DNA from: Raillietiella orientalis
Taxonomy: Eukaryota
DNA: 64,000 nucleotides
Assembly: GCA_036172245.1 (NCBI GenBank)
Contig: JAYWIR010000001.1
Location: 8,494,001 to 8,558,000 of the forward strand
Direction of reading: 5' to 3'
This document shows positions 11,650-25,000 of this stretch, in pieces. The notes under the pieces were generated by a model. It was given only the letters and a program-made list of their open reading frames with translations. It was not told the DNA's origin and did no database searches. The position numbers were made by a program, and so were the translations under genes. Numbering within the stretch: the first letter of the stretch is position 1; every line of letters starts with the position of its first letter.

Positions 11650-13882
11650 TCGGCATGAGCGGGGGAGAGATGCAACTCCCTGAGAGCCCTCGGACGGCCT
11701 CGCTGCCTCCCTGGAGAGGAGGGGAAAGCTACGAAGAACAACCAACACCAAAGTCATGAGTCCAGTAAAAGAGGCTTCTTGGAAAACCAGGGTGTCTGAT
11801 GGACAATGGGGCGGGAAAGGGGGTACGGAACGAACGGGATGGAGAGCACACCCTTCACCTCCTCCCTACGGGCGGGAGGCTGTGCGCCGGAGGGACGCCA
11901 CTGCGGGACAAGCTGATTCCTTCTTTCCCTGGGAACGACGCATCGTCAGCGAAACAGGTGGAGAGACGGGGAAAGCCGCTGCTTTTTTTCCTTTCCTACC
12001 CCCGACCTGTTTACCCGAGCCTTCGGACGGCGGTTGGTTGGAGACGGAAGGCGCGCAAGGGTGCGCTTGTGCACGTCGCGACTTCCTCTAGCAAGAGAGC
12101 AAAATCGAAGGCAGTTGCATCGAAGAGAAGTCGGCGGCAAGCGGGGAGATGGGGATGGAGGGTGGAAAAGGCAACATCATCATCCACTGTTAAAGTCAGA
12201 ACTGGAGCATCAGAAAGGGCAGTAGCGGCGGCGGCAGCAGCAGCAAGGGAGTCATCATCATCGGCAACGGTTCGGCAACTCCATCAGTTTCCGCATTTTC
12301 TGCACTTTCTTTGCAAGGCCGTCGGGGGTTCCGTTTGGGGGTTTCGTGACCAACGAGGAGGCATCCGCAGAATCTTCTGGACTCCAGGAATCCACTCAGA
12401 CCGCCACTTTGCTTTTCTAGTTCGCCCCTGCCGCTCCAGGGGCACTTTCCGCCCACACTTTTCTGAGATGGGACCACTTTCTTCCATCCCATCCGAGTGG
12501 GGGCAGGGAAAAATCCCAGCGCTTCCTGTTCTCATCGGTAGCAGTAGCAGAAAGTGGTCCGTGCCTCCTGCTTTGCATCCGTTTCATCGCCTGAAGAGGT
12601 CCCGGGATTTGCCCTGTGATGCCCGTGTGGTCTTTTCTTCCCCTCCCTCTCGGTGGACAGCTGGCGGCCTCCACAAGAGAATCAATAGAAAGGTCTTATG
12701 ATGCGACAGCAGCTTCGGGGCGGCACGCAGAACTGCGAAGGCAGGCGGGGTCGAGAGCGAAGTCCTCGCGGCAAGAAGGTACTTCGCTCTCGACCCCGCC
12801 CGTCTGCCGGCTCACGCCGCTTTCTTAGTCCCTGCTCTCCCGCGGAAACGGATGCGCATCCGTCCTGGAAGCGTCAGGGAGCTCACGAGAGAGCGGCGGT
12901 AGAGTGCTGCAGGAAAGCGACGCGCGGCGGCGCCGTCTGGGCGTTACCCTGCCACCACTGGTAAACTAGGAAAGAGTCGATAGACAGACCCTCGACCTCC
13001 AGGCTGTCCCTGGGTCACGTCCGCACCGCCTCCTCCGAGGGGTAACCCACCGGAGGAGAAGGAAGAGGAGGATAGAGTCCCCGTTTCCGAAGCCCCTCTG
13101 CTCTCCGACTGGCGTGTCCTCCTCTCTCCAGCTGCTGCTTCCGTCCTTGGGCTGCTCCTCCGGATCCGGCTGTTCGCGAAGCGTGGCGCCGGGGAGTCGA
13201 GATCGCAGGTCTAGAACTGCGCTGTCATCTGGTGCTGAAATGGTGTCGCCGATTCTCTGCTGGAGTTGCGCTGCGCTCGAGAGATGCCCGTCGCCTGTCG
13301 GGGAGACTCCTCCCTTTCGCGGACGGCAGCGTCCTCTCTCTGAAGGGCTTGTTGCTGTTCCCGCAGTCAGGAGTGTGGATAAGACCGGAAGGAGCTCCAC
13401 AAAAAGGCAGATCTCCTGGATGGAAGCAACAGCAAGGGAGAGAGTCTGGTAGGCGGGAAGAGGGCGCTAGAAGAGCCAGGTGGAATCCCGCCTCTCATCC
13501 TCTGTGGACGGAGGGATCCCCACCGGGGCGGAAGGTTAAACGGAGAGACAGTCCGAGAAGTTCTGGAAGCAGCAGGGAGATACTCTTCAAGGTTTCCTGG
13601 GGTCTCTTCCGAGTCCCCTGGAAAGGGGAGATCTCTCCCCTTCGTCTCTGCACGGCAGACTGCCCCAGCTGGGATGGTCCCTTCCTCCTTTCCTTTCCAG
13701 GTTTTCGCGCCTCCCTTCCCCTCTCTCCTCCCGCCCCTCCCGCTTTCTCGACCACCACTACGAGAGTACGCTGCGGAAGGAAACAGCAGCAGCGCCAATC
13801 CCCTCCCTCCTCCCTCCGTGCTAGGAAGACAGCCTGCTCAGAAGAGCGATGTACTTCGAGGGAAGTCACTTCCCTCCGAGGG

Positions 13883-15250
13883 TCAGTTGGCCCGACCGCA
13901 GGTCTTGCTAAAGTCGTGGTACTGCTCGAAGAGGCAGGGGATCTGCATCTCGATCTTCTTCACCTTCTCGTGGGTGTCGTCTAGCAGCTTCACGATCTTC
14001 CTCCCGGCTCTGGAAAGGCGGGTCAGCTTGGGAGGAGGAAGAGGAGGAGGGGAGAAGAAGGGAGGAATCCCCGTTTCCCCGGGACACTTACGCTTTCTTG
14101 TCTACCTGCCCCAGCTGCTTCATCTGCACCTCGAAGTTCTTGCAGACGTGGCAGTCGCAGTTGACACACTTCTTCAGGTGCTTCGAGAAGGCCACCAGCA
14201 TGTGCTGCAGCAGGGGGGACTCCCTCCAGGTGTTGACGATGTTCACCGACTGGAAGCAGCAGCCGTTGACGCTTCGGACCTCAGCCCCTCTTCCCCTCCC
14301 CCCGCTCACCGCCTGGTACAGCTGATCCCCAAGGTTGCGAATGTGCTCCGTCTCGTCGCAGTAGTATTCCAGCTCCCGGCTCAGCTCCTCCAGCTCTTCG
14401 CGCTGGCCCTCTTCGCGGCCATACTTCGCGGACTGCAGCGAGGAGGAGGAGGGAGGGGAGGGGAGTCTCCAGGGAAATAGGGCATCCCGGTCTCACCTTG
14501 CTCTCGATCGCCAGCACCTCCCTTGCAATCTGCTCCGCCTCGCGCATCTGCACATCGATCTGGTGCTCGCACTCGTCGGTGCGCTGGAAGCAGCTCTGCG
14601 GGGAGGAGCAGTCGCACTGCACCGTCGGGACCCCCTTACTCCCCCTCCCTCCTCACAGCGTTCTCGCCCAGCCTCCTCTTCAGGCACTTCAGCTGCCCCG
14701 TCAGCGACTGCGCGCACTCTTCCTGGGCTCGCTTCTCTTCCTTGACCTTGGCGATCTCGGCCTCGATCTTGTTGATGTTGACCTGCGGAGGGGAGGGAGA
14801 CGCCGAGGTCGCCACCGCCCCGCCTCGGAGCCCTCACAGACCCGCAGGTTCTCGAGCTCCTTCTCTTTCTTCCTCTCCTCGTCCTCGAGGGTCATCCCTG
14901 TCCGGAACGAATACTTCATTTCGTCCTTCTTGGAGGCCAGCTCCATGCACAGAGCTTTGGTGTCCTTTTCGCTCCTGGATGTGGGGTGGGGGCGAGGATG
15001 AAGGGGCGTGGCAAAGGTGGAAGGGGCCGGGGGCAGGAAACAGAAGAGAAGGAAGAAGAGGACGAAGAAGAGGGCTTTCTCCTTCCCTCCTCCCATCCTG
15101 ATCCCGGCCCCACCCTTTCCCCTCCCTCCCTACTGACCCGATCCGCTTGTCGCAGGGGCAGCAGGCGCGCACGGGGATGTTGAGGGCAACGCCGTCCGCC
15201 TCCGAGCGTTGGTAAGCGACGCTTCCGGGACCGTTGTGCCAGCCGGACAT
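13883..15250 (-). CDS. Uncharacterised Cys-containing coiled-coil protein, family copy A (7 exons, 292 aa)
   Basis: Exons (minus) 15250-15138, 14974-14842, 14782-14657, 14595-14497, 14432-14310, 14249-14092, 14009-13883 (TGA). Total 879 nt, all introns GT-AG, phases 2,0,0,0,0,2 as in copy B. Peptides include ELENLRVNINKIEAEIAKVKEEK, KKCVNCDCHVCKNFEVQM and KIVKLLDDTHEKVKKIEMQIPCL. Confidence 0.85.
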
Positions 15251-16045
15251 TCTTCACGCAGGTTAGGGAACGCTGGGGGGGAAGGGCTTTGCGGGAACAG
15301 CAGGAGGTAGGGACCGGTGAGCAGAGGATGGGGAACAGGCTGGGGTGACAGGGGGAGGATTCCTTTTTCTTTTTTTTTCGTCGCGCTGAAGACCTCGGGA
15401 AAGAAGCGACAAGAAGACGAGGGGGATGGTAGCTGCGAGGACGAAGAAGGGGGGGAAATGGAAAGAACTGGTAACCCAGGTGACCGGATTGTTGACCTCG
15501 GAGATACCCGGAAGGACGAGTCCATTCCGCCTTATTGTTGGGGCGGAGGAGGGAGGGTCGCCTGCCTCCCGCAGAGGAGGGGGGAATCGCGGACCCCATG
15601 CGTGCCCTCGCCGGAGGATCCGCATCCCTTCTCCCCCATCGACTTCTCCCCGCCTTCTGGGAACGATTGCCTGGTAGTACCCCGGCAAAACCGGGGAGGG
15701 CCGCGCGCACCTGCCCCCATAGAACGCCCAGGCGTTGCTACGCTCTGGCGCCGTGAAAAGGGACCTCGAAAGAGTGGATCCCATCCCGTTCCACCCAGGT
15801 GAGAGTAACCTGAGAGTATCGCCCGAGGCCCTTGGGGCGTGCTCTCGGCCGAAGCGAAAACGGACGTTAACGGCCCGTTTTCGCCTCGGATACGAGTGAA
15901 GGGGCAGGGAGACGGGTCGGTGAGATCTCCCCATTTTTTCGCTCTTCCCCTTCATTTCGGCCCTCTCGTTCGGTCAAACCTTTTCTCTTTTCTCTTCCCG
16001 GAAAAAGCGGGGAAGCTCCTCTGAGGACTCATCCCGCCGCAAAGT

Positions 16046-19000
16046 TCACTTCCTAGGGCGCCTCTCCCCGCTGATGGTGAAGACCGCCGGAGGCTGCGTC
16101 TCGTCAAAGTCGCTGCTCCTCCTCCTGGCGAAGAACTGGTCGGCTGCCACTGACCAGGGACTCCCGGAGAGGTCGGATACGGGAAGCAACCTGCATCTGG
16201 GGCCGTCGGAGGACGCGGGATCTCTCCTGACCAGCCTCTCGCAGGAGAGCACGACGCCCCTCCGGGACGCCTCTCCGGGGGCGTCGCCCTCCACCGCCGG
16301 CCTGGCCGCCTTCAGCATCGGAGATACCGCCTGATGCGCTTCGCGTGGGGAAGGCGAGAAGGAAAGGTCGGGATTTCGTTACCTGAACGACGTGGAACAG
16401 CCTGGGCAAGGGAGGGGTGCATCGGAAGGGCACCACGTGCTCCGCAGAGATGCGTGTCCTCTCCCTACTCCTTCCCTGCTTCATCAGCTTCCTGGAAGAG
16501 ATCCCGATCCCCTCCCAGGCTCTTCCAGGGGTGTCTGCGGAGCGGAGCGGAGAAGAACGGGGCACGCGGGAGAAAAGGATAGGAAGGAGCCCTTCCCGGA
16601 GGAAAAAAGGATGGTCCCCCAGCGGTACTCACGAGGCCTTCTTCTGGAGCACCCTCTGCGCCTCGGGGTAGTCTCGGATGGTCTCGTTGAGGTCCTCCTT
16701 GCTCAGGACGAAAACTCTGGAGAAACCTCTGGAGCTAAGGGCGGAGAGAAAAAGGGGAAATGAGCCGCAGGAGGGACGCCACAGGCCACTCACATGACCG
16801 TCGCTGTCCTTCGGTTGCCTCCGGCCGTGGACAGGAGGCTGATCTCCCCGAACACGGACCCTTCCTTCAGAGTGGACAGCAGCACGTCGCCGTGGTCCCC
16901 GCCCATCACCCTCAGCTCGCCCATCTTCACGATGTACATCTCTTTGCCTACCTCACCCTGGGGAGGGAGACACGTGGGACCTCGCACGTCTCACGCCTCT
17001 CGCGGATGGGTCGGCGTAAGCTCGCCGTTTCCCCCGAAAGGCACACATCGCCCCCACGCTTTTGGGACTGCTCGGAGTTCGCAGATGCTCCCTTCTTGAG
17101 CCTTCCGCAAATCGTTGTCCACGACGGGAGCGGCGCGCGCACGACGTCGTCGGCTCGTTAGCTCGAGCACGGCAGAGTTGTCGCTCCCTCTCCGACCAGT
17201 CCGCGCACGCGTGTCCGCTCGACCCCAGCGCTCGAAGTCCGAAGCGGCAACTTCCCTCACCAAGATGGGAGCGAACGGTGCCGTGGCGTCGTGGTACGAG
17301 GCGGCAGCAAACGAGCAGCGGCGGCAACTGCCGCTGCTACCCCTTCGTCTCTCTTCCCGTTTTGTTCTGCCTTTTTGGACGTCGGTCGCCAATTGCTTTC
17401 CTGAGACCGGAAGCCGGTGACCTTGCTGCTCACGCACGTTCCCGTCGCCACCGTCGCTTCCCTAGCGATCGGCGCTTGGTGATGTCTTCCAGGAAGAACC
17501 GTGAGGGAAGGGGGAACAAAAAGCTGTTGCTACAGGCAACAAAAATGCAAAGGAAGAAGAGCTCCGTGGGCGTCGGAAGCCAGGGCTCTTCCACCCTTTC
17601 TTCCCTCCGTCTTGGGGATCTCAAAGTGTTCGCATGCTGCAGCTGGACCCGTCATCGTGAACCTTTCGACGCGGAGCGGAAGACATGAAGACACGAAAGA
17701 GGTATCCTTGGAGCCGAACTCTGCCAGAGTGCAGCTCCAGGCATCCCGCTGATCCGGACGCAGCGCGCGCGCGCATGGAGATCCAGGGACGGAGGAGGAA
17801 AAGAGAAGGTTCGTTCTTCGGGGGGTGGGGTTGCAGAGAAGCTGTCCCCACCTTCTTGCAGATGTAGTCTCCGGGAAGATAGAGCACGGGTCTCAGCTTG
17901 AGGACCAGATCTCGAAGGAGCGCGGAACCGCAGTCCTGGAAGAGCTTCACCTTCTTCAAGGTGTTCATGTGGACGTTCAGCGCGATGTCTCTCTGCAGCT
18001 TCAGAGGCAGCCAGGAGAGCAGGTTCTTCTCATCTGGAAGAAAGGAGAAAGGAAAGGGAGGGATCAAGTTGGGAGATTTCCGTTAATGCTTCAGGGACTC
18101 CGAAAGGAAGGAAAGGGTGATGTCGCACGGGGATTACGGGAGCAGGGAGGGAGCTCCCAGGAGCCGGTCCTCAGGGAGGAAAACTACTCGTCCACGGAAG
18201 AGACCGATGATGAGAAGAGCTGCGCGTGCCCTTCCGTTTGCGCCCGCGGGAGGGACATTTAGGGAGAGGAATCGCTGAAGGAGGGGGCAATGCGTCGCCC
18301 CCACAAACCCCGCCACCGCGAGCCTTCGCGAGGTCGTCGCCAGTGTCCGCGCCCTTCTTCGCAGACCCCCTCCGCAAGTCACTGAGGGAGCCTCGGCAAC
18401 TCTTCGCAGGATCCATCGGCCGGCCAGCCCATGGGTCTCGCGGAGGTCAGAGAGGGGCCTCCTCGCGTGAGGCGAGCGGCTCAGCATTTCCACCGGGAGG
18501 AGGTGAAGGAATGCGTCCGCGTTCCCATGGTTTTTCCAGCATCCGACGACCAAAGGTCACCTCCGTAGGAACGATGGACCTTCTTCTTCTTCCGCTCTCG
18601 CCTTTTTAAAGCGTTCTCGGATCTTGAGTGAGGAAGGCGAAAGAGAAAGGAAGAGAGCAAGGCAGACGCGCGTCTAGATGCCACGCCTTCCTCGCAGAGG
18701 TCTTCGATGGTCCGTGCAGAAGGAGGTTGCATTTCCTCTGGCCCCGATCCTCGGAACTCGGTGTCTCTGATCCTCTCTCGAGATCCTGGGGACGCTCGAT
18801 GTGAGCCCGGAGGCAGGACGCTTCTTTCAAGGTCACCGACCTGGCGAAGATCGACGTCCTCAGCTCGTTTCTTCGATAGCCAGAAGTCTGCAAGACTGCC
18901 ATCTGCGCCTACGGGAACTTCGACTCGCTCCAAGGGTCGGCCATCGCCGCTCTCCAGGGAGAAGGTCATCCAGCCCAAATTGTCCAGATCGTGGGCCTGG

Positions 19001-22000
19001 GGACTCACGAGGGTGGATCGCCCTCTTCCCCTTTTCTCCGCCAAGCGCTCATTCGCTTCCTTATCCCCCCACAGGTCGAAGGGGAACTTGGAACAGGGGA
19101 GGGATAGATGGGCTGATAGGGATATCGCGAGCTGCACCGGGATCGTCCTGGCCTTGTGGCCCGCACTCCGTCCCACTCTCTCTCCGGGTTGCCGCCGCCA
19201 AAGGGGGTGGAGGCGAAGGAAGAGGGGGAGCGGACTTGGCAGCTGGGCTCCTCCTGCGGCCAGCTGCTTCTGGCAACTCCTCCCTCTCTCTCCGCGATAT
19301 CTTTCTATTCCTCCTCCTCCCTTCTTCCCTTCTAGTCAGGCCCGCGATTCCCTACGGCCGGGATACCCTTCACCCTGAGCCTCAGGTGGGAGGTGCAGGG
19401 CAAGAAGGTCCCCTTTGATTTCAGCTCGAGGGCTCTCTCACCTAGAGTCTTCTGAGTCTTCCACGTGTAGCTCAGCCACAGTTTGACCTTGTTCTGCAGG
19501 GTTTTGGATACCTTCAGGGTGTTCATGTGCTGGCCGATCTGGTCCATCATCTTCGTGTACTCCATCTTCTGCTTGGAGGCCGTAGCGACGATGTCACGGA
19601 CCTGAGGGAAGATACCGGGGCATTCAGCTCCTGTGGAGGAGGAAGGGAAAAAAGCGGGAGAGAAAGAGGGTCCGTGACCCCTGCCGCTTCTTAGCGGTGG
19701 ACGGGAGGGGTCGCGGGCTAGGGTCTTCGCATCAGAGAGGGGAGGTCGAAAAACTTGCCTGACCGATGAGGGACGCGAAGATGAAGACCCCCAGAAGCCA
19801 GCTGGCGATCATGAAGAGGTACTCCACCTCGTTGCCGGGTTTGGGGTTCTTGCCGATAGACGTTGCTGTCTTGGTAGCAAAGAAGAAGCAGCGCACGTAG
19901 CTGCAGGGGGGAGCGGTGAGGCACTTGAGGTGCCTGGGAGCCCTCCAGGGACCTAATCAACTCACGCCACACCCAATCCGTCGTAGACGAAATCGTTGGA
20001 GCCGATCCCCTCGTAGGCCGAGATGGCGTAATAGGCGCAGGCATTCAGGTGGATGAGATACACCATGTAGAGGAGCGTCCTCGCGATGCGGATGAGGTAG
20101 GGAAGGGAAAACACCGCGGCGGACCGGTCGAAGAACTCCCAGAACCTCCTGACCTGACCCCGAGCAGCGGAGTGACTCGCCGTTCCTAGACCCTTCCCCC
20201 CCCCTCCCGGAGATTCTTTCCGTCGCATACCTTCAGGAACCTGGGCAGGCGCCACATCGGGTTGGTGCCGTAGAACAGGTACATCACGTCCAGGGGCAGC
20301 AGAGACAGGACGTCCATCTGAGGGAGACGACTCGAATTGCCGGAGGGTATTTTCGCGTCCCGCTCTTGGCGGTGGATGGGGTCTCCCTCGCCCTTCACGG
20401 CTGAGGGCCACGCCGCACCAGCAGACTACGGCCCTCCTGCGAGGAACACGGACTCACCCAGAACTGAGGCTCCTTGACATGGTGCTGGGCCAGCAGCTTC
20501 GGGTCCTCGATCCAGCTTCCGCTCTTTATGATCCTCACTCGTATCTGGAACACGGTGGCATCCAGAAGGTAGATGACGTCCGCGAAGCAGCTGAGGAGAA
20601 GCCAGATGGGGACGACCCCGTCGATGTGCACGGGAAACACGGCGCACAGAGGGATGCTGACCGCGTTGTAGACGAACGCCAGGGCTACCAGGAACAACCA
20701 GGCAATGTGGACCTTGCCTGAGGGAAGACAAAGGGTGAGGATGAGTGTCTCACGGCATCATGGAGCGCGTGTTCTCTCGGACTCCCGCGCCCCTCGCCGC
20801 CCCCTGGGTAGCTCGCAGCCTCTGGCAAGAGAACTGTGTTCCCTCCCGAGAGAAGGCGCGAACTCCCGCAAGGGCTCTGCCGAGGTTACATAACGCCTCG
20901 GGTCGAGGGAATGGCGGACGTGATGCTTCTGGAAGAGGAGGGAGGGAGAGGGAGGGGTGTTTCCTCTCTGTTTCGTCCTCCGGCATCTCTTTACTTTCTC
21001 TAAAATTCCGCCGATGGTAACGAAACTGCGGCAGCTCCTTTTACATGAGGGCGCAGAAGGGAGAGATTCCTGAGGACTGCGACTTAAACGCAGGTTCCAA
21101 GTGGGAAAGGGGAGAAGGGAGGGCGTCGCATTTTGGGTTTCTTTTTGACGCATAGGAAGTGGCACCATCGTTCGTATGGCATACCAGCAGCGGCGGAAGA
21201 AGAGGAGGGTAAGAAAGGAGGAAGTGAGGAGAAAGAGGAGGAAGAGGAAAGGAGAAGGAGGAAGGGAGGAGGGAGCCTTTCGGTGTCGTTGCAAGAAGAA
21301 TGTCCGAAGCGTTCCTGGAGCTGAGTCCAGCAGGATAATCTGATCGCGTAAGAGAAGCCACGAATGCACGAGTTGGATCCACGGTGCCTCATTCCCTTTT
21401 CCTTTCTCCTCGTCTCCAAAGTCAGAGCTGACCAAGAGTGGGCGGTTAGCGACCTTTTGCCCTGTGGGAGAGTGCGGGGTGCAGGGGTATCGAGGTTTCC
21501 AGGTCAAAGTGCTTCCTTCTTGGAAACAGGTTGAGGAGGAGGAGGAGGAGGAGGAGGAAGGGGCTCGTGGAGAGGGAGGTCCTCCCTCGAGGGAGAAGCG
21601 CTGGTCGAGGGGCCACCAACAAGACCAGAGAGTGGCCTGCAGATACCGACCCGAGGAAAAGCCAAAAAAAAAAAAAAACCATAGGAGTGACAGAGTCGAA
21701 GGTTGCAGCTTTGACACACGGAGCCGGCGACTCTGCCTACCCCTCTTTTCCACTGGAATTGGCGCGTATCTGCGTCATCAACCGCTGGGATCAGCAGGAA
21801 TTGCTAGGTCTCCAGCCGGAAGCCTCCGGCACGAACATCTCTCAGGACTTCCCATGCTTGTTCTCGTTCGCACTGTACGCGTCCAGGCCACCAGGTGTCT
21901 CGTCTCCCCCGGGTGGAGGACCTCTGCAGGTGCCGAAAATCTTCCGAGTGAGCGCCTTGCTTGAAGGGAGGGCGCGTTGGGAGCCAAATGAACGTCCTGG

Positions 22001-25000
22001 GCGGGTGCGAGCGCAGTCTTCCCAAACCTCCAGGCGGCACCCATCCGACCAGGGATCCCAGGACGATCTGCCAGCGCGAACCTGGAGTCTGCAGGACAAC
22101 TGGGCTGCCGAGGATGCGAGGCAGGGAGGAGGCTTGGAGGATCGATCAGAAGATCCCCCCCTGCAAGGGTCTTTCCCGACGGTGCGGATCCGAATGGCCG
22201 TGGGGGACCACCCAATCGACTGCGGCTGCAAGTGCCGGGGTGCCAGCTTTCCCGGGTGCTCCTGCAGGAGGCGCGGGGAGCGATGTCCATTGGGCCGATC
22301 CGTGCACTCTGTGAGCAATCCTAAGAAAGCATGCTTGCTGAAGAAGGGGGAGGGAAGTTTGCGTGCGGTGCCATGGTCTCGCCCCAAGAGAGATCTGCGA
22401 TTCTCCGGCTGTGGGAGGAACGCGCGGCGAGCAGCGGAGTCGGCCACAGGCGAAGGTGACCTCTCGGTCTGTGGCACGATCGATTTCTGCAGCCGGGGCG
22501 CACGTGTTCCTACCATGACTCCACGCATGCGCGACACAGGGTTACCCCACGTGCAGGGAACGTGCACAGAGTGCGACACATAAGCTGCACACTGCGCGGA
22601 AGTGAGGCCAATGGAGTGTGGACCGCGGACACTATGCAGGACGTGCATTCCGTGAAGAACATGTGCACTGAGCAGGGCGTGTACGCTAGGCAAGACGCGC
22701 ACACTGTCCAGTATGCGCGTACAATGGGTACACTATGTGATGTAGGATGCGCATACCGCTCAGATTGAGTGCAGTGCGCAGGATGCCAGTACAGTATCCA
22801 AGATGGTACTGCTCGAAAGACAGTTGTCCTGTGCAGGATGTGTGCGCTACACCAGACAAGTGTACTGTGCAGCTTACGAACATCACGTATACCAGGCTGC
22901 CCAGTGTCTGTAGCCTTCAGGATGATACATTCTGTGGTATATTGTGGCAAGATTACGCACACTGAGCAGGACTTGTACACGCCCACGGTGCGAACGCTGA
23001 CCACGAACGAGAGCAGCAGCTGGGCCGCGAGTTTCGAATGACGCTGCTGAACTTTTGCGCGCCGACTCCAGAACCATTTGCCAGCAGCTCTCCAATGTGG
23101 CCTGCGTCAAGGTTCCGGGGAACCACGAACGGAGAGAGAGCACGTCCTCATTTCCCGTCCCCGGATGGGGGAAATCTCGATTCTTTCACTGGAGATCCGG
23201 GACACGCGATTTCTGGAGTTTCTGGAGCGCCCGCACAGTCGCGACTTCACCATACCTTGCGGCTGGATGGTCTTGCTGGATCTCAGCAACCACGTCCCAC
23301 ATCTGGAAAGCGCGGGTATTTTGCTCCGGCGCGTGGTCTCCTCTTGGTACACCTGGACCACGGAAAGGGTCCGGACGGGCGAATCGGACGAGGACGAGCC
23401 GCGTTCTGAAATTCAAAGAGTGACCCTTGCCTTCGGGAGGAGGGTCTAAAAAGAAGCTCGCGAAGAGGAGTCCCGAGGTGACCGAAAGGGGGACTAAAGA
23501 CGCGTCTCTTCCTTATGGCTATCGAAACCACCGTGGAATCTGCCAGTCGGGGATTCTGGAGTTTCCCACCAAGGGGGACTTTGAGGCGTTCCTGAGTGAG
23601 TCGAAGAGGCTGTCGAAGATGCTGAACTCCAGGAAGGAGGGAGGAAAAGTAAGAGAGGAAGGGAGAAGAAGAAGGAAAGGAGGAAAGGGGAGGAGGAGGA
23701 AGAGAGAAAGAGAGACCAATGTCCCGGATTCATACAGCTCAGAACGAGGCCGCATCCCTCTGGGAAGTCTGCTTGCCGCTTCGTCGTCGGCTCGACTTGT
23801 TGGGGTTATTCCCGGGTCATCGACGCAACAACTTTTTCCTCTGCATGCGGGAACAAAAAGCATGTATCCTCCCGCCAGGAGGGTACACTCCCATCAGGAG
23901 TCACGAGGACTCTCCACGCCAGGGTTCGATCTCTTCTCAGCTTGAGCGGGCGAGACGACGTGCCTCTAATGGACTGCAGGAAGGATCTGCCTCAGGAGTC
24001 CGAATGACTGTCCAAGCTTGGAGTCGGAGAGCTGTTTCGCGAGGGCAGGCAGTCGAAAGCCTCCGACTGTAGAGAAGCTTCACCTGTCAGACGGCGGAGT
24101 GCCACCGATCGCAGCCGGTCAGCTCTTCCTGTCGCAGAGATCTCCCGCTCCGCGAGAGCTCTGCTGCATGTCATGGGGAGACAAAACAGCTCCATCTTTG
24201 AGGAGTAAGCTCTCTGATATCTCGACGGACGAGCGAGCCTCCCAGTAGGATTCTTCTCTTATCGCTCTATGATAGAGGAACCGCCCCCTGCTGCTAAAGG
24301 CTTTCTTCCCAAAGGCCGGTTTCCGCTTCCTCCGGAAGGTCGGAGTGGCAGGCAAAGAGAAGGAGGGGACTAGACTTCGAGCGAGAAAGCGGGCGCTTCT
24401 ACTTTAAGGGTGGTTGCAGCATCTCCTCGCCGATGAGAAGGATTGGAGGGATGTCACTGGGCTAGGCGTCTTTTAGTCCACCAACCGAAGGTAGAGCCGC
24501 GTGAATCTGTGATCCGACGAGCTGCAGGAAGGATGTTCTTCGCCTTCCTCGGCTTCGCTCTGGCCATCCTGAGGCCCTCGGGCGGAAGCATCGAAAGGAA
24601 CAGATGAACTGATTTCCGGCTTGTTGCGACGGTTGCCAGTCACTGCAGGCCGGAAACCAGAACGGGATCGCTGGATTTCTTCTGCTTAGGATCTCTTTCT
24701 CAGGTCTCTGGAAAGTTCGCGTCGCGGAGAGCTATCTCCGCTAGCTGTTTGCAGATCAACTGGAGGGATGTCGAGAGGCTGCTCTGAGGAGTTCTTGTCT
24801 CCCAGTGAACCGTCTTCCGAGTCGACGGGAGCATGGAATCTGCGGGAATAGTCCGGTAGGACTGCGATTTGAAAACAAAGAAGAAGAGGAAGTAGAAAAA
24901 TGAATTGAAGCGGCTTCTGAGGAGATCGGCACCAGCAACCGCAACAGGTCAGCCTACCGAAGGCTTCCAACTCGTTGCTGAGCAGACGAGGCAGAAGAAA

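Noticed and set aside
14617-14656. A 40-nt intron in gene A using the acceptor at 14617
   Set aside because: An in-frame acceptor 21 nt further on has a proper pyrimidine tract and gives a 61-nt intron, in line with the other introns.
24119-24861. Large disordered CNG exon starting at the strong acceptor at 24861
   Set aside because: The phase-compatible frame has stops at 24688, 24475, 24406 and 24121 and no good donor before the first, so it is not clearly different from non-coding DNA.
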